Assembly (NCBI GenBank): GCA_028247015.1
Contig: JAOKFJ010000004.1
Location: 652 to 64,651 of the forward strand
DNA: 64,000 nucleotides
Reading direction: 5' to 3'
DNA from: Methylophilaceae bacterium
GTDB taxonomy: Bacteria > Pseudomonadota > Gammaproteobacteria > Burkholderiales > Methylophilaceae
This document shows, piece by piece, positions 24,901-35,341 of this stretch; positions within the stretch are counted from its first letter, which is position 1, and each line of letters begins with the position of its first letter. The translations under genes were made by a program, and so were the position numbers. The notes beneath the pieces were generated by a model. That model was not told the DNA's origin and did no database searches. It was given only the letters and a program-made list of their open reading frames with translations.

Positions 24901-26161
24901 GATCATATGTGCCCGGAAAAGCACGACGATTAAATTTCATACGTCCCACATTAGAAAGATCATAACGATCAGGGTTAAAGAATAAACCCTCAAAAAGTGA
25001 CTGGACAGAATCCTCTGTTGGAGGTTCACCAGGTCTCATCATTCGATAAATCGCTACTTTTGCGCTATATTGATCCGGAACTTCATCAGAAGCTAGAGTC
25101 TGAGAAATATAGTTTCCATGATCCAAATCATTTGAATAAAGAGTATTAAATGATTTAATTTTTGCCTCGAAGAGCTTTTCAATAACCTCTTGGGTGATTT
25201 CAGTATTTGCTTCAATAATGACCTCGCCTGTTTCTATATCAATGATTGCTTTTGCAATATTCCTGCCTAACAAAAATTCAGGATCAACCTTTACTGACTT
25301 AACTCCAGCCTTTTCAATTTCCCGAATGTGTTTAACAGTAATTCTTTTATCTTTTGCAATAATTAAGTTACCTTTTTTATCGCTTATATCAAACTTTGCT
25401 ATCTCGCCCCTTAGCCTTTCTGCAATAATTCCAAAATTTACTTGGTTTGCTTTAATTTCAAAAGATTCAAAATCATAAAAGGTTGATAGAATTTCTTCAG
25501 GTGACAAACCAAGTGCTTTTAGTAATGTAGAAACAGGCATTTTTCTGCGGCGATCTATTCTGAAATATAAATTATCTTTAGGGTCAAATTCAAAGTCTAA
25601 CCAAGAGCCACGATAAGGAATAATGCGAGCAGAAAATAATAGCTTTCCTGAGGAATGAGTCTTACCTCGGTCATGTTCAAAAAATACCCCAGGACTTCTA
25701 TGAAGCTGTGAAACAATTACTCGCTCAGTACCGTTAATGACAAATGAACCATTTTGAGTCATTAGGGGAATTTCGCCCATATAGACTTCTTGCTCTTTAA
25801 CTTCCTTAATTGTTGGTTGAGAGGCTTCTTTATCCATAATAGTTAAGCGAACCTTAACTCTTAGAGGGACGCCATATGTAAGACCACGTTGTTGACATTC
25901 CTTTACATCAAAAACTTCTTCTCCAAGTACATAACTTACATAGTCAAGCTTTGCATTGCCTGAGTGACTTGAAATAGGAAAAAGTGTATTGAAGCTTGAT
26001 TGTAGCCCTTGATCTTCTCTTTTATCTTGAGGCACATCTCTTTGAAGAAATGCCTTATAAGACTCAAGCTGCATTGCTAAAAGATATGGAACTTCTAATA
26101 CTCTCTCTCTTTTTGCAAAACTTTTTCTAATACGTTTTTTTTCAGTAAAGGAATAGCTCAT
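21992..26161 (-). CDS. rpoB: RNA polymerase beta subunit
   Basis: [30 protein letters not shown]. Confidence 0.99.
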   Translation of the reverse strand: MSYSFTEKKRIRKSFAKRERVLEVPYLLAMQLESYKAFLQRDVPQDKREDQGLQSSFNTLFPISSHSGNAKLDYVSYVLGEEVFDVKECQQRGLTYGVPLRVKVRLTIMDKEASQPTIKEVKEQEVYMGEIPLMTQNGSFVINGTERVIVSQLHRSPGVFFEHDRGKTHSSGKLLFSARIIPYRGSWLDFEFDPKDNLYFRIDRRRKMPVSTLLKALGLSPEEILSTFYDFESFEIKANQVNFGIIAERLRGEIAKFDISDKKGNLIIAKDKRITVKHIREIEKAGVKSVKVDPEFLLGRNIAKAIIDIETGEVIIEANTEITQEVIEKLFEAKIKSFNTLYSNDLDHGNYISQTLASDEVPDQYSAKVAIYRMMRPGEPPTEDSVQSLFEGLFFNPDRYDLSNVGRMKFNRRAFPGTYDQYAEWLKRFYEKSGPKTETGEFILSNEDILSVVGMLIELRNGRGEIDDIDHLGNRRIRSVGELVENQFRTGLVRVERAVKERLGQAEADNLMPHDLINSKPISSSIREFFGSSQLSQFMDQTNPLSEITHKRRVSALGPGGLTRERAGFEVRDVHSTHYGRVCPIETPEGPNIGLINSLALYARTNKYGFLETPYRRVEGGKVTAKIDYLSAIEESDFTIAQANSEIETNGKFKEELVSSRYKNEFTMAGNENVDFMDVAPGQIVSVAASLIPFLEHDDANRALMGANMQRQAVPCLRAEKALVGTGIERTVASDSGTTVQAKRGGVVDYVDSRRIVVKVNDKETAQNEVGVDIYNLIKYTRSNQNTNINQKPLVKIGDKIERGDVVADGASTDVGELALGQNMLVGFMPWNGYNFEDSILISERVVAEDRYTSIHIEELSVVARDTKLGPEEITQDISNLSERMIGRLDESGIIFIGAEVEAGDVLVGKVTPKGETQLTPEEKLLRAIFGEKASDVKDTSLRVPSGMSGTIIDVQVFTREGIDRDSRAEQIIGDQLSDFKKDLADQLRIVEEDTFSRIEKLLINKTVTGGPKGIKKGDKLSKETLSSLGKYDWFDIRLSDEKDSKQLEFFKENFNVAKKEFDSRFEEKKRKLTQGDELPPGVQKMVKVHLAVKRRIQPGDKMAGRHGNKGVISKIAPVEDMPYMADGKTLDICLNPLGVPSRMNIGQVLEMHLGWAAKGLGDRIDEMLKENEKISEVRNFLDKIYNTSSGKSEDIKSLKDNEVKELAEHLANGVPFATPVFDGGAEEDIQQMLDLAYPDDSEHTKLLKFAANKTQVQLYDGRTGEKFERPVTVGYMHVLKLHHLVDDKMHARSTGPYSLVTQQPLGGKAQFGGQRFGEMEVWALEAYGASYTLQEMLTVKSDDVIGRTKVYENIVKGEHKIDAGMPESFNVLTKEIRSLAIDIDLDRN

Positions 26162-26231
26162 AGCATCTCCAAAGTTAAAAATTTATATAAAAAAATACTT
26201 TTAGTAGTTTTTTATAAAAACTCTGTTCTCA

Positions 26232-26273
26232 TAAAATAAATGAAGGCTGACCTCCAATAAAGAGATCAGCCTT
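26232..26273 (-). terminator. rplL-rpoB attenuator/terminator hairpin
   Basis: AAGGCTGA...TCAGCCTT stem followed by a T-rich tract on the minus strand. Confidence 0.65.
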
Positions 26274-26287
26274 ACACTTTTTTTAAA

Positions 26288-26665
26288 TTATTTCAGCTCA
26301 GCCGTTGCGCCAGCATCAGTTAATTTTTTCATTGCCTCATCGGCATCAGCTTTTGCTAATGTCTCTTTTACTACTTTTGGTGCAGCATCTACGATGTCTT
26401 TAGCTTCTTTAAGACCAAGTCCTGTAATTTCTCTAACCGCTTTAATGACATTAACTTTGTTATCACCAATACCAGTTAGGTGAAGGTCAAACTCAGACTT
26501 TTCTTCTGCTGGAGCAGCTCCACCTGCTGCTGCTGCTGGTGCAGCGACAGCAGCTGCTGCTGCAGAAACACCAAATTTTTCTTCCATTTCTTTAATTAGA
26601 TCAGATAAGTCAAGTACTGACATTGAACTAATTGCTTCTAAGATATCTGTTTTTGAGATAGCCAT
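26288..26665 (-). CDS. rplL: 50S ribosomal protein L7/L12
   Basis: [10 protein letters not shown] hinge, TGLGLKEAK. Confidence 0.99.
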   Translation of the reverse strand: MAISKTDILEAISSMSVLDLSDLIKEMEEKFGVSAAAAAVAAPAAAAGGAAPAEEKSEFDLHLTGIGDNKVNVIKAVREITGLGLKEAKDIVDAAPKVVKETLAKADADEAMKKLTDAGATAELK

Positions 26666-26712
26666 AATTTAATTACTCCTAATAGTTTAAGTTAACCTAA
26701 TCGCTTCTAAAA

Positions 26713-27234
26713 TCATGCAGGTTTTTGGTCACGAACTGCAGCAAGACCTCTGGCAAATTTTGAAGGCACTTCATTAAGAGTGCGAACAAATTTTGTAATT
26801 GGTGCTTGCATTGTTCCCAATAATTTTGCAAGTAGTTCATCGCGACTTGGTAAGGAGGCAAGCGCTTTAACAGCACTAACATCCATCTTTTCGTTGGGCA
26901 TTGCTCCTGATTTAATCACAAACAAATCATTTTTATCAGCAAAGTCACTTAAGACTTTTGCTGCTGCTACCGGGTCTTCTGAAATACCAAAAACTAATGG
27001 CCCAACCATATCTTCTGATAAAGAAGAGAATGGGGTGTCTTCAATAGCTCTTTTTACCAAACTATTTTTGAGCACCTTAAGGTAAACACCAGATTCTCTG
27101 GCTTCAGCTCTTAGATTTGTCATTTCACCAACGCCAACACCACGATACTCAGCGAGTATTAAGGATTGAGCATTTTCAATTTGTTTGCTAACTTCAGCAA
27201 CTACTGCTTTTTTTTCTTCAAGATTAAGACTCAA
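26713..27234 (-). CDS. rplJ: 50S ribosomal protein L10
   Basis: [20 protein letters not shown]; TTG start with strong SD. Confidence 0.99.
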   Translation of the reverse strand: MSLNLEEKKAVVAEVSKQIENAQSLILAEYRGVGVGEMTNLRAEARESGVYLKVLKNSLVKRAIEDTPFSSLSEDMVGPLVFGISEDPVAAAKVLSDFADKNDLFVIKSGAMPNEKMDVSAVKALASLPSRDELLAKLLGTMQAPITKFVRTLNEVPSKFARGLAAVRDQKPA

Positions 27235-27279
27235 GGTCTTCTCCTTCCGTTAAATAAAAGTATTAGTAAACTAATACCG

Positions 27280-27382
27280 ACATAAAAACGGCGACCTCTA
27301 TCAGGATACTATCCCTTAGGGACCCGCCATCTGCGTAGGCTTAAATTTCTAAATTAAACTAAAGTACCTACGGTCTTTGACA
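27280..27382 (-). ncRNA. L10 ribosomal leader (cis-regulatory; boundaries approximate)
   Basis: Minus strand AAAGACCGTAGGT...TTAA...CCTACGCAGATGG upstream of rplJ. Confidence 0.85.
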
Positions 27383-27426
27383 ACTTCATTGATTAAGAAA
27401 ACATCAATGAACCCAAAGCTCTTACA

Positions 27427-27455
27427 TTGTGAGCAACTAAAATAGTTACTCACAA
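27427..27455 (-). terminator. Hairpin downstream of rplA
   Basis: TTGTGAGCAACTA/TAGTTACTCACAA inverted repeat. Confidence 0.4.
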
Positions 27456-27467
27456 AAAATTACAAAA

Positions 27468-28163
27468 CTAACTAACTATATTTGCCTGGTCAATACGAAT
27501 ACCAACGCCCATCGAACTTGATACAGACAATTTCTTTATATAAATACCTTTTGTTCCAGTTGGCTTCGCTTTATTAACTGCATCCATTAATGCTGCAAGG
27601 TTAATTTTCAATTGATCTACCGTAAATGAAGCGCGACCAATAGTGCAATGAATAAGTCCAGATTTATCCGTTCTATATTGGACTTGTCCAGCCTTCGCAT
27701 TTGCTACAGCCTTAGCAGGGTCTGGTGTTACAGTTCCAACTTTTGGATTTGGCATTAAGCCTCTTGGGCCCAAAACTTGGCCTAATGTACCAACAATTTT
27801 CATAGCATCAGGTGTCGCTATAACTACATCAAAATCCATAACGCCCTTTTTAATTTTTTCAGCTAGATCCTCAAAGCCCACAATATCAGCACCCGCTTTT
27901 TTAGCAGATTCAGCTGCATCGCCCTGAGCAAAAACTGCAACTCGAGTTGTTTTTCCTGTACCACTTGGAAGAACTATTGCCCCTCTTATTGATTGATCTG
28001 ATTTCTTTGAATCAATTCCAAGATTGATTGCTGCATCTACTGATTCATCAAATTTTGCTTTTGCAGTTTCTTTAACTAATTTTAAGCCATCATCAACAGG
28101 GTAAAGTTTGTCACGATCTACCTTAGAGGATAGGGCTTTCATTCTTTTACTTGAACCAGCCAT
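27468..28163 (-). CDS. rplA: 50S ribosomal protein L1
   Basis: [15 protein letters not shown]. Confidence 0.99.
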   Translation of the reverse strand: MAGSSKRMKALSSKVDRDKLYPVDDGLKLVKETAKAKFDESVDAAINLGIDSKKSDQSIRGAIVLPSGTGKTTRVAVFAQGDAAESAKKAGADIVGFEDLAEKIKKGVMDFDVVIATPDAMKIVGTLGQVLGPRGLMPNPKVGTVTPDPAKAVANAKAGQVQYRTDKSGLIHCTIGRASFTVDQLKINLAALMDAVNKAKPTGTKGIYIKKLSVSSSMGVGIRIDQANIVS

Positions 28164-28595
28164 CTATACACCCTCCACTTCAATACCCATACTTCTTGCA
28201 CTTCCTGCAATCGTTCTAACAGCAGCATCCATATCTGCGGCTGTTAAATCTGGCATTTTTGTCTTAGCAATTTCTTCAGCCTGAGCACGAGTAATTTTTC
28301 CAACTTTATTTGTATGTGGAATAGGTGAACCCTTGTCTAACTTTGCAGCTTTCTTCAACAAAATAGATGCAGGAGGAGTCTTCATGATAAAAGTAAAGCT
28401 CTTATCAGAGTATGCTGTAATCACAACTGGAATTGGTAGCCCAGGTTCAACGCTCTGAGTTGCAGCGTTAAATGCTTTACAAAAATCCATAATATTAAGA
28501 CCACGTTGGCCTAATGCTGGTCCCACTGGTGGACTAGGATTTGCTTTTCCTGCTGGAATTTGGAGCTTAATATAGCCCTCTATTTTCTTTGCCAT
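28164..28595 (-). CDS. rplK: 50S ribosomal protein L11
   Basis: [19 protein letters not shown]. Confidence 0.99.
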   Translation of the reverse strand: MAKKIEGYIKLQIPAGKANPSPPVGPALGQRGLNIMDFCKAFNAATQSVEPGLPIPVVITAYSDKSFTFIMKTPPASILLKKAAKLDKGSPIPHTNKVGKITRAQAEEIAKTKMPDLTAADMDAAVRTIAGSARSMGIEVEGV

Positions 28596-28652
28596 TTTAT
28601 ATTTCTCCTAAATTTTGGTTCAAACGCTTTTTTCAAAAGCTCCCAAATTGGT

Positions 28653-29189
28653 TTAAACTTCTTTTTCTATCTGACCGAACTCTAACTCAACAGGTGTTGC
28701 TCGACCAAAAATTACGACAGAAACCCTAAGTTTACTTTTTTCATAGTTGATTTCTTCAACCGTACCTGAAAAATCTTTAAATGGGCCATCAATTACCCTA
28801 ATTGATTCGCCAACTTCAAATGTCATTTTCTGCGTTGGATTGACCTTGCTATCATCCATACGTTGTAAAATAATTTCAACTTCTTTGTCTTTTATAGGTG
28901 TTGGTTTTTGAGCTGATCCACCTATGAACGCAGTCACTTTTGGAGTGCTCCTAACCAAATGCCAACTATCATCGTTCATATCCATTTGAACCAAAACATA
29001 ACCAGGATATAGCCTTCTCTCACTCAGAGTCTTTTGTCCAGACTTCATTTCAATCACTTCTTCAACTGGAACAAGAATATCTCCAAATAGGTCTCCAATT
29101 GAAGATTGGTCTATTCTCTCTAATAGTGACTTATGGACAGTTTTTTCATATCCTGAAAAAGCTTGAACTGCATACCATTTCTTTGACAT
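28653..29189 (-). CDS. nusG: Transcription factor NusG (ATG 29189; TTG 29192 is an alternative)
   Basis: [28 protein letters not shown]. Confidence 0.98.
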   Translation of the reverse strand: MSKKWYAVQAFSGYEKTVHKSLLERIDQSSIGDLFGDILVPVEEVIEMKSGQKTLSERRLYPGYVLVQMDMNDDSWHLVRSTPKVTAFIGGSAQKPTPIKDKEVEIILQRMDDSKVNPTQKMTFEVGESIRVIDGPFKDFSGTVEEINYEKSKLRVSVVIFGRATPVELEFGQIEKEV

Positions 29190-29192
29190 CAA

Positions 29193-29537
29193 TTAACCCC
29201 GTCCCAATAACAAATTTATAATGTACGAAAATCCAACATCGACGAACCCAAGAAAAATTGCCATTATAGTAACTAAAATAATAACAATTAATGTCATCTG
29301 AAAAGTTTCTCTTCTTGTTGGCCAGACTACTTTTTTACCTTCAGTTACTGCATTGTTAATAAACTCAATAATTTCTTGGCCCTGAAGGGTCTTTGAAAAA
29401 ACTTGTGCAGCTAAACCAGTTGCACCCAATAAAACTAAAACTCTTACTACCGTTGGTTGCTCATATAAAAAATAGAAGCCTGCTAATCCACCAGCAAAGA
29501 GTAAAGATGACAAGATAAGTCTAATATTTATATTCAC
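29193..29537 (-). CDS. secE: Preprotein translocase SecE
   Basis: KKVVWPTRRE motif, three hydrophobic segments, upstream of nusG. Confidence 0.97.
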   Translation of the reverse strand: MNINIRLILSSLLFAGGLAGFYFLYEQPTVVRVLVLLGATGLAAQVFSKTLQGQEIIEFINNAVTEGKKVVWPTRRETFQMTLIVIILVTIMAIFLGFVDVGFSYIINLLLGRG

Positions 29538-29557
29538 TTCTACTTCTTCCTTTTATA

Positions 29558-29633
29558 TGGCAGGCCAGGAGGGCTTCGAACCCCCAACCCTCGGTTTTGG
29601 AGACCGATACTCTACCAATTGAGCTACTGGCCT
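29558..29633 (-). tRNA. tRNA-Trp (CCA)
   Basis: AGGCCAGTAGCTCAATTGGTAGAG...CTCCAAA...GTTCGAAG...GCCA; 76 nt, encoded CCA. Confidence 0.97.
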
Positions 29634-29704
29634 AAATCTTTATATTTACTAAAATTCTTTGTGCAATAATCAAGTTCTACATCCACCTTCTCATTGGCAA
29701 TTAC

Positions 29705-29779
<75 letters not shown>

Positions 29780-29799
29780 GGATCCAAAATTCTGGATAC

Positions 29800-29875
29800 T
29801 GGAGCGGGCGACGAGGTTCGAACTCGCGACATTTAGTTTGGAAAACTAATGCTCTACCAACTGAGCTACACCCGC
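29800..29875 (-). tRNA. tRNA-Gly (TCC)
   Basis: GCGGGTGTAGCTCAG...TTAGT-TTTCCAA-ACTAA...GTTCGAAC...TCCA; 76 nt. Confidence 0.96.
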
Positions 29876-29912
29876 AAATCCACACTAAACCCCTCTATTA
29901 AGTAGTAAAGCT

Positions 29913-29997
29913 TGGTGGAGGAGGTAGGATTCGAACCTACGTACTCAGAGAGAACGGATTTACAGTCCGTCGCCTTTAACCACTCGGCCACCCCTCC
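29913..29997 (-). tRNA. tRNA-Tyr (GTA)
   Basis: GGAGGGGTGGCCGAGTGGTTAAAGG...CTGTAAA..., long variable arm, 85 nt. Confidence 0.97.
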
Positions 29998-30012
29998 TAA
30001 ACCGAACCCAAA

Positions 30013-30041
30013 ATTATGGGGCCTTTTATAGTTTTTGTCAA
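30013..30041 (-). promoter_or_regulatory. sigma70 promoter for the tRNA-Tyr-Gly-Thr-Trp cluster
   Basis: TTGACA-17 nt-CATAAT with AT-rich upstream sequence. Confidence 0.7.
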
Positions 30042-30069
30042 ATAAAATAATGAGTTACTAGTAATGAAA

Positions 30070-30145
30070 TGGTGCCCTCTGTCGGATTCGAACTGACGAC
30101 CTACGCATTACAAGTGCGTTGCTCTACCAACTGAGCTAAGAGGGC
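30070..30145 (-). tRNA. tRNA-Thr (TGT)
   Basis: GCCCTCTTAGCTCAGTTGGTAGAGCAACGCACTTGTAATGCGT...GTTCGAATC...CACCA; 76 nt. Confidence 0.97.
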
Positions 30146-30194
30146 ATATTTGAAAAACGTAACTATATCAATTTTTTTTGAATGGAACTAGTTT

Positions 30195-30578
30195 TTATTT
30201 CACCAATGTTAGATGTGAAGGCTTATTTTTTTTATTTGAAGAGCCTTTCCCTTTTAAGTTCTCATGTTCTTTTTTACTAATTTTAAAGAAAAGACCTTCT
30301 CCATTCTCATGAGCATAAATTCCTGAAACAGAACTCATTGGAATATAGATTTCTTCATTAACCCCATTAAATCTTGCTGAAAAAGAAATAAAATCATTAT
30401 TTATAATTAATTTTGTTGTTGCAGCTGGAGATAAATTTAAAATAATTTCTTTTTCATTTATATTAGATTTTGGGGGTCTTACTCCAGGTAATATTTTTGC
30501 AGCAAGGTAGGGTGTCAAATCAGAATCAACACACCAATCAAAAATACCTCTTACTAAATATGGCTTATTAGATACCAT
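30195..30578 (-). CDS. sspB: ClpXP adaptor, stringent starvation protein B
   Basis: KPYLVRGIFDW, FSARFNG, YAHENGEG, C-terminal HLTLVK ClpX-binding motif. Confidence 0.95.
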   Translation of the reverse strand: MVSNKPYLVRGIFDWCVDSDLTPYLAAKILPGVRPPKSNINEKEIILNLSPAATTKLIINNDFISFSARFNGVNEEIYIPMSSVSGIYAHENGEGLFFKISKKEHENLKGKGSSNKKNKPSHLTLVK

Positions 30579-30587
30579 AATCGTAAT

Positions 30588-31187
30588 TTATACTCTCATT
30601 GATTTTTCTGCGGGAGACATTGCCTCATCAAATAATGGTCTATTAAATATCTTATCTGCATACTTAAGTAACGGCGCACAGGAATTCGGTAACTTAATTT
30701 CATAATGATCGATTCGCCAAAGAAGGGGAGCCATTGCAACATCTAACATTGAATATTCTTCATGTAACAGATATTCCTGTTTAGTAATAATTGGTGTCAG
30801 TTGAATTAATGTTTCAGTAACAATTTTCTTAGCTGCATCTTTTTTTGATTTTTCATTAGATTCAAGGGCTTTCATATGAATAAATAACTGACTCTCAAAA
30901 TCTTTAAGAAATAGTCTTGCACGCGCTCTCATAACTGGATCTGCTGGCATCAATTGGGGATGAGGGAATCTTTCATCAATATATTCATTAATAATATTTG
31001 CATCAGTAAGGACTAAGTCTCTTTCAACTAAAACTGGTGAATCAGAATATGGACTCAAGATTGATAAATCTTCAGGTTTATTAGATAAATCTACATCGAT
31101 TACTTCAAAATCCATCCCTTTTTCAAAAAGGACAATGCGGCATCGATGGCTAAATGGATCTGTTGAGTTTGAATATAGTTTCATCAT
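30588..31187 (-). CDS. sspA: Stringent starvation protein A (GST fold)
   Basis: SHRCRIVLFEKG, EYIDERFPHPQLMP. Confidence 0.96.
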   Translation of the reverse strand: MMKLYSNSTDPFSHRCRIVLFEKGMDFEVIDVDLSNKPEDLSILSPYSDSPVLVERDLVLTDANIINEYIDERFPHPQLMPADPVMRARARLFLKDFESQLFIHMKALESNEKSKKDAAKKIVTETLIQLTPIITKQEYLLHEEYSMLDVAMAPLLWRIDHYEIKLPNSCAPLLKYADKIFNRPLFDEAMSPAEKSMRV

Positions 31188-31190
31188 AAT

Positions 31191-31889
31191 TTATTTAATA
31201 TTTTTCCAATATTCCTTTTTGAGATTAATCGTTAAGATTAAAAGTAAGAAAAGAAAAGCGAGCACATAATACCCTATTTGCCTTCTCTTTTGTTGTCCTG
31301 GTTCTGACATGAATACCATATAGTTTGTAATATCGCCAACAAATTGATCGTACTCTTCAGGGGATAACGTGCCTGGGGTTTCTAATTTTAGATTATTTGT
31401 TACATTATTAAAATGTTGTTCACCTTGAAGCTCCCATAATATATGTGGCATTGCAGAGTTTTTATAAACCGTATTATTCCAGCCCATAGTTCTTGTTGGG
31501 TCTCTATAAAAACTTCTAAGGTAACTATAAATCCAATCCGCACCTCTTGATCTTGCGGTTACAGATAAATTAGGAGGGGCAGCTCCAAACCACTTTTTAG
31601 CATCACTATTTATCATGGAAATCTCCATTGGATTTCCAACCTTATCTGAAGTAAATAATAAATTATTTTCAATTAATTCATCAGTTAAACCAATATCAGT
31701 TAATCGGTTGTATCTCATATAACTTGCACTATGGCAATTTAAACAATAATTAACAAAATTTCTAGCACCTCTTTGTAAAGATATTTTATCATCGAGATCA
31801 ATTGGTGCTTTATCAAGCTTCACACTTTCTGAAGCATAAGAAAGTGAAGATGAAAAAATTATTATAAAACTTATTATTATATTTTTCAT
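31191..31889 (-). CDS. petC: Cytochrome c1
   Basis: LQRGARNFVNYCLNCH, C-terminal membrane anchor. Confidence 0.97.
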   Translation of the reverse strand: MKNIIISFIIIFSSSLSYASESVKLDKAPIDLDDKISLQRGARNFVNYCLNCHSASYMRYNRLTDIGLTDELIENNLLFTSDKVGNPMEISMINSDAKKWFGAAPPNLSVTARSRGADWIYSYLRSFYRDPTRTMGWNNTVYKNSAMPHILWELQGEQHFNNVTNNLKLETPGTLSPEEYDQFVGDITNYMVFMSEPGQQKRRQIGYYVLAFLFLLLILTINLKKEYWKNIK

Positions 31890-33184
31890 TACATTCTTAC
31901 TCTCTTGGGAACAGATTTTGTAATATCTTTTTTGCTATAGATAGGCATTAAAATGAAAAATAAAAAATAGGTTACTGTAAATATTCTAGCAATAATTGTT
32001 GCAACATCCTTTCCCCCAATAATAGGAATGGCATTGTAAAACTGTCCCCATACATTGGAAGGAACAGTTCCAAGATATCCCAGGACAATAAAACTAATAA
32101 CAAAAGTACTAAGCCATTTTTTATAAAGAGCTCCTTTATAACGAATTGACCTTACTTTACTTTTATCTAGCCAAGGAACGAAGAAAAAGATTAAAACTGA
32201 TAAGCCCATAGCAGCTACGCCAGGAAATTGACTATTGAAAAGTGGGGGTACCGCTCTTAAAATAGAATAAAAAGGAGTGAAATACCAAACTGGAGCAATA
32301 TGGTCTGGAGTTACTAATGGGTTTGCAGGGACAAAATTATTTGCCTCAAGAAAATAACCCCCCATTTCTGGAGCAAAAAATATAATTGATGCAAATACTA
32401 TGAGAAACACTGAAAGTCCAACTAGGTCCTTAACAGTATAATAAGGATGAAAAGGAATACCATCCATAGGAATACCTGTTTTCTTGTCTTTCATATCTTT
32501 AATATCTATTCCGTCTGGGTTATTAGATCCTACCTCATGAAGAGCAATCAAATGACCAAAAATTAAACCTGCTAAAGCTAAAGGTAGTGCAATAACATGA
32601 AAAGCAAAAAAACGATTTAAAGTTGCATCTGAAACTAGATAGTCACCTCGAACCCACTCTGCTAAATCTGGACCAATGAAAGGTACTGAAGTAAACAAAT
32701 TAACAATAACCTGTGCCCCCCAATAAGACATTTGTCCCCAAGGTAATAAATACCCAAAGAAAGCCTCAGCCATTAATAAAAGAAAAATAAATACTCCAAA
32801 TAACCATAGGAGCTCTCTTGGCCTTCGATATGAGCCATACATCAAGCCTCTAAACATATGTAGATAAATGACTACAAAAAATAGTGAAGATCCAGTTGAA
32901 TGCATATATCTAATAAGCCAACCAAAGGAAACATCTCTCATAATATATTCAACTGAGGCAAATGCTTCGGCTGCAGATGGCTTGTAATGCATCGTCAAGA
33001 AGATGCCTGTTAAAATTTGCATTACAAAAACAAATAGTGCCAGCGCTCCAAAAAAATACCAGAAATTAAAATTCTTTGGAGCATAGTAACCAGTTAAATG
33101 ATTTTTTATAAATGAGGAAAGAGGAAATCTTTCATCAATCCATCCAAGCAAACTATTTGAAGTAGAATTAGATTCTTTTACCAT
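31889..33184 (-). CDS. petB: Cytochrome b (start moved to ATG 33184)
   Basis: GWLIRYMHSTG, LPWGQMSYWG, PVWY (variant of PEWY). Confidence 0.98.
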   Translation of the reverse strand: MVKESNSTSNSLLGWIDERFPLSSFIKNHLTGYYAPKNFNFWYFFGALALFVFVMQILTGIFLTMHYKPSAAEAFASVEYIMRDVSFGWLIRYMHSTGSSLFFVVIYLHMFRGLMYGSYRRPRELLWLFGVFIFLLLMAEAFFGYLLPWGQMSYWGAQVIVNLFTSVPFIGPDLAEWVRGDYLVSDATLNRFFAFHVIALPLALAGLIFGHLIALHEVGSNNPDGIDIKDMKDKKTGIPMDGIPFHPYYTVKDLVGLSVFLIVFASIIFFAPEMGGYFLEANNFVPANPLVTPDHIAPVWYFTPFYSILRAVPPLFNSQFPGVAAMGLSVLIFFFVPWLDKSKVRSIRYKGALYKKWLSTFVISFIVLGYLGTVPSNVWGQFYNAIPIIGGKDVATIIARIFTVTYFLFFILMPIYSKKDITKSVPKRVRM

Positions 33185-33185
33185 G

Positions 33186-33785
33186 CTAAGCAACCCCTTC
33201 TGGATCTTCGCCAATCAGCACAGTATGATCATCGATATATTTGTGAGGTGGTACAACTAAATTGGTTGGTGCAGGAGAACCTTTAAATACTCTGCCAGCC
33301 AAATCAAATTTAGAGCCATGGCAAGGACAGAAAAATCCTCCTTCCCATTCACTTCCCATATCGCCTTTTGGTAATAGTTTTGGTGCGGGTGCACATCCTA
33401 AATGAGTACATATACCGACAACAACAAGCAAATTTGATTTAATAGAGCGAGTTTTATTCTTACAATATTTAGGCTGTTGAGAAACTACATTCAAATCTGG
33501 ATCCGCTAATTCTTTATTGTTATCTAATTTTTTTATCATTGCATCTGAGCGATTCAGAATCCATACTGGCTGACCTCTCCACTCTGAAGTTTTTATCTCG
33601 CCAGGCTTAATTCCAGCAATATCTACCTCTACTGCTGCTCCAGCTGCTTTTGCTTTTTCACTGGGAAGCATGCTAGAAACGAAAGGAATACCTGCAGCTG
33701 ATACTCCAATTGCACCAGTTACAGAAGTAGCAGTCAATAAGAATTTTCTTCTATTAAGATCGATTTTATTACCCTCGTCAGCCAT
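33186..33785 (-). CDS. petA: Rieske Fe-S protein
   Basis: Tat signal RRKFL, CTHLGC, CPCHGS. Confidence 0.98.
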   Translation of the reverse strand: MADEGNKIDLNRRKFLLTATSVTGAIGVSAAGIPFVSSMLPSEKAKAAGAAVEVDIAGIKPGEIKTSEWRGQPVWILNRSDAMIKKLDNNKELADPDLNVVSQQPKYCKNKTRSIKSNLLVVVGICTHLGCAPAPKLLPKGDMGSEWEGGFFCPCHGSKFDLAGRVFKGSPAPTNLVVPPHKYIDDHTVLIGEDPEGVA

Positions 33786-33886
33786 AAAAAATCCGTTTAA
33801 ATTTTGAGATTAAAATTAAAATATTACTTACAGGTGCATTTATGACCGCATTATACAAAATTAGTTACAAAACTAATAGCATTAAA

Positions 33887-34603
33887 CTAGTCAATTGTAA
33901 TTTTTTTTGCAAACAAGACTCCTAATTCAAACAAAAATATCATAGGAAATGCCAACAGTATTTGCGAAATAACATCTGGTGGAGTAAAAATTGCCCCGAA
34001 GATAAATGCTATAACAATTAAAAAAGGTCTATTTTTTTGGATACTTTTAAGCTTTACCCATTTAAACTTTACTAATGACACTAAAATAATAGGAATTTGA
34101 AATGCAAATCCAAATGCTAAGAATAACGCAACAATCATTTCTAAATAGCTTGATATATCAACCATAAGATCAACTTCGTTTGGAGTCATTGAAATAAAAA
34201 AATTAAATATAATTGGAAATACAAGGCTATAAACAAATAACGTCCCTAGAATGAATAAAATATAGCTAATTATTAATGCCCAAATTATAAAAAATTTTTC
34301 TTTTCTATATAAACCTGGCGATACAAATAACCATATTTGCCAGAAAATAGGCGGAAGTGAAATTATAAAAGCACAAAATAGGGTTATTTTAAATGGGACA
34401 ATAAATGTTGCGGATAGCTTTGTACTTATTATTGAAGCATTGATAGACTGCATTTGTATTAATAATGGTTTCGCAAAAAAATAATATATATCGTTTGCAA
34501 ATGGAAATAACAGAAGAAAAATTCCAATAAGAATTAAGAACGATTTTATTAATGTCCATCTAAGCTCTTTGAAATTATGAGAAAATGATTGAGGGAAATT
34601 CAA
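33887..34603 (-). CDS. tatC: Twin-arginine translocase TatC
   Basis: ELR, QIWLFVSPGLY, FQIP, TPPDVISQ. Confidence 0.96.
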   Translation of the reverse strand: MNFPQSFSHNFKELRWTLIKSFLILIGIFLLLFPFANDIYYFFAKPLLIQMQSINASIISTKLSATFIVPFKITLFCAFIISLPPIFWQIWLFVSPGLYRKEKFFIIWALIISYILFILGTLFVYSLVFPIIFNFFISMTPNEVDLMVDISSYLEMIVALFLAFGFAFQIPIILVSLVKFKWVKLKSIQKNRPFLIVIAFIFGAIFTPPDVISQILLAFPMIFLFELGVLFAKKITID

Positions 34604-34821
34604 GATTTATTAGATCTCTTTTTTATTTCTTTTTGTATTTTTTTTAGCTCTTTAAACTTACCTTCCCTCTCGATCTCTTCTTTAATATCTGCCATAAAAG
34701 ATTTAGATTTTTTTAACATTTTTCCAAAAGCCCTTGCTATTGTAGGAATATTTTTAGAGGGGATAAAAAGTATTGCAGTAAAAATAACTATCAATAACTC
34801 TGAAAAAGAAATATCAAACAT
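34600..34821 (-). CDS. tatB: Twin-arginine translocase TatB (short)
   Basis: MFDISFSELL; position between tatA and tatC. Confidence 0.88.
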   Translation of the reverse strand: MFDISFSELLIVIFTAILFIPSKNIPTIARAFGKMLKKSKSFMADIKEEIEREGKFKELKKIQKEIKKRSNKS

Positions 34822-34825
34822 TCAA

Positions 34826-34987
34826 TTATTTTTTTCTAGAAACTTTCTTTTTATTTTTTTCTTGCATGCCTTCTCTGAAGCTTCTTAATGCACCTCCTAA
34901 ATCACTCCCGATATTTCTTAATTTTCCAGAACCAAAAATAACTATGACAACCAAAAAAATTATCAATAACTCCCAAATTCCTGGCAT
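34826..34987 (-). CDS. tatA: Twin-arginine translocase TatA (53 aa, not in ORF track)
   Basis: Hand translation MPGIWELLIIFLVVIVIFGSGKLRNIGSDLGGALRSFREGMQEKNKKKVSRKK; SD AAGGAG. Confidence 0.93.
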   Translation of the reverse strand: MPGIWELLIIFLVVIVIFGSGKLRNIGSDLGGALRSFREGMQEKNKKKVSRKK

Positions 34988-35000
34988 AACTATTCTCCTT

Positions 35001-35336
35001 TTAAATTTTAACTAAAGTATCACTACCACCGTAAACATGAAAATGCATATGAAATACCTCTTGCCCACCTTCTGCCCCAGAATTTATCATTGTTCTATAT
35101 CCTTTTAGACCTAATTGATTTGCAAGCTTACTTCCAAGTAATAACATTTTTCCGAGCATTTCCTGATTAGTATCACTGCATGCCATAAGATTTTCAATAT
35201 GGATCTTAGGAATAATTAGAAGATGTACCTTATCAATCGGCTTAATATCTTCAAAAACTAAAAATTCTTGATCCTCATAAATAATTGATGCTGGAATATC
35301 TTTATTTATAATTTTGCAAAAAATACAGTCATTCAT
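35001..35336 (-). CDS. hinT: HIT family nucleotide-binding protein (HinT-like)
   Basis: DCIFCKI, GQEVFHMHFH histidine triad. Confidence 0.92.
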   Translation of the reverse strand: MNDCIFCKIINKDIPASIIYEDQEFLVFEDIKPIDKVHLLIIPKIHIENLMACSDTNQEMLGKMLLLGSKLANQLGLKGYRTMINSGAEGGQEVFHMHFHVYGGSDTLVKI

Positions 35337-35341
35337 AATCT

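Noticed and set aside
26510-26565. GCA/GCT-rich low-complexity repeat
   Set aside because: Normal Ala-rich hinge of L7/L12
29677-29694. Mini-ORF MRRWM upstream of tRNA-Trp
   Set aside because: Five codons, no SD, no attenuator structure; expected by chance
33185-33214. petB extension overlapping petA
   Set aside because: ATG 33184, just after the petA stop, is the more plausible start
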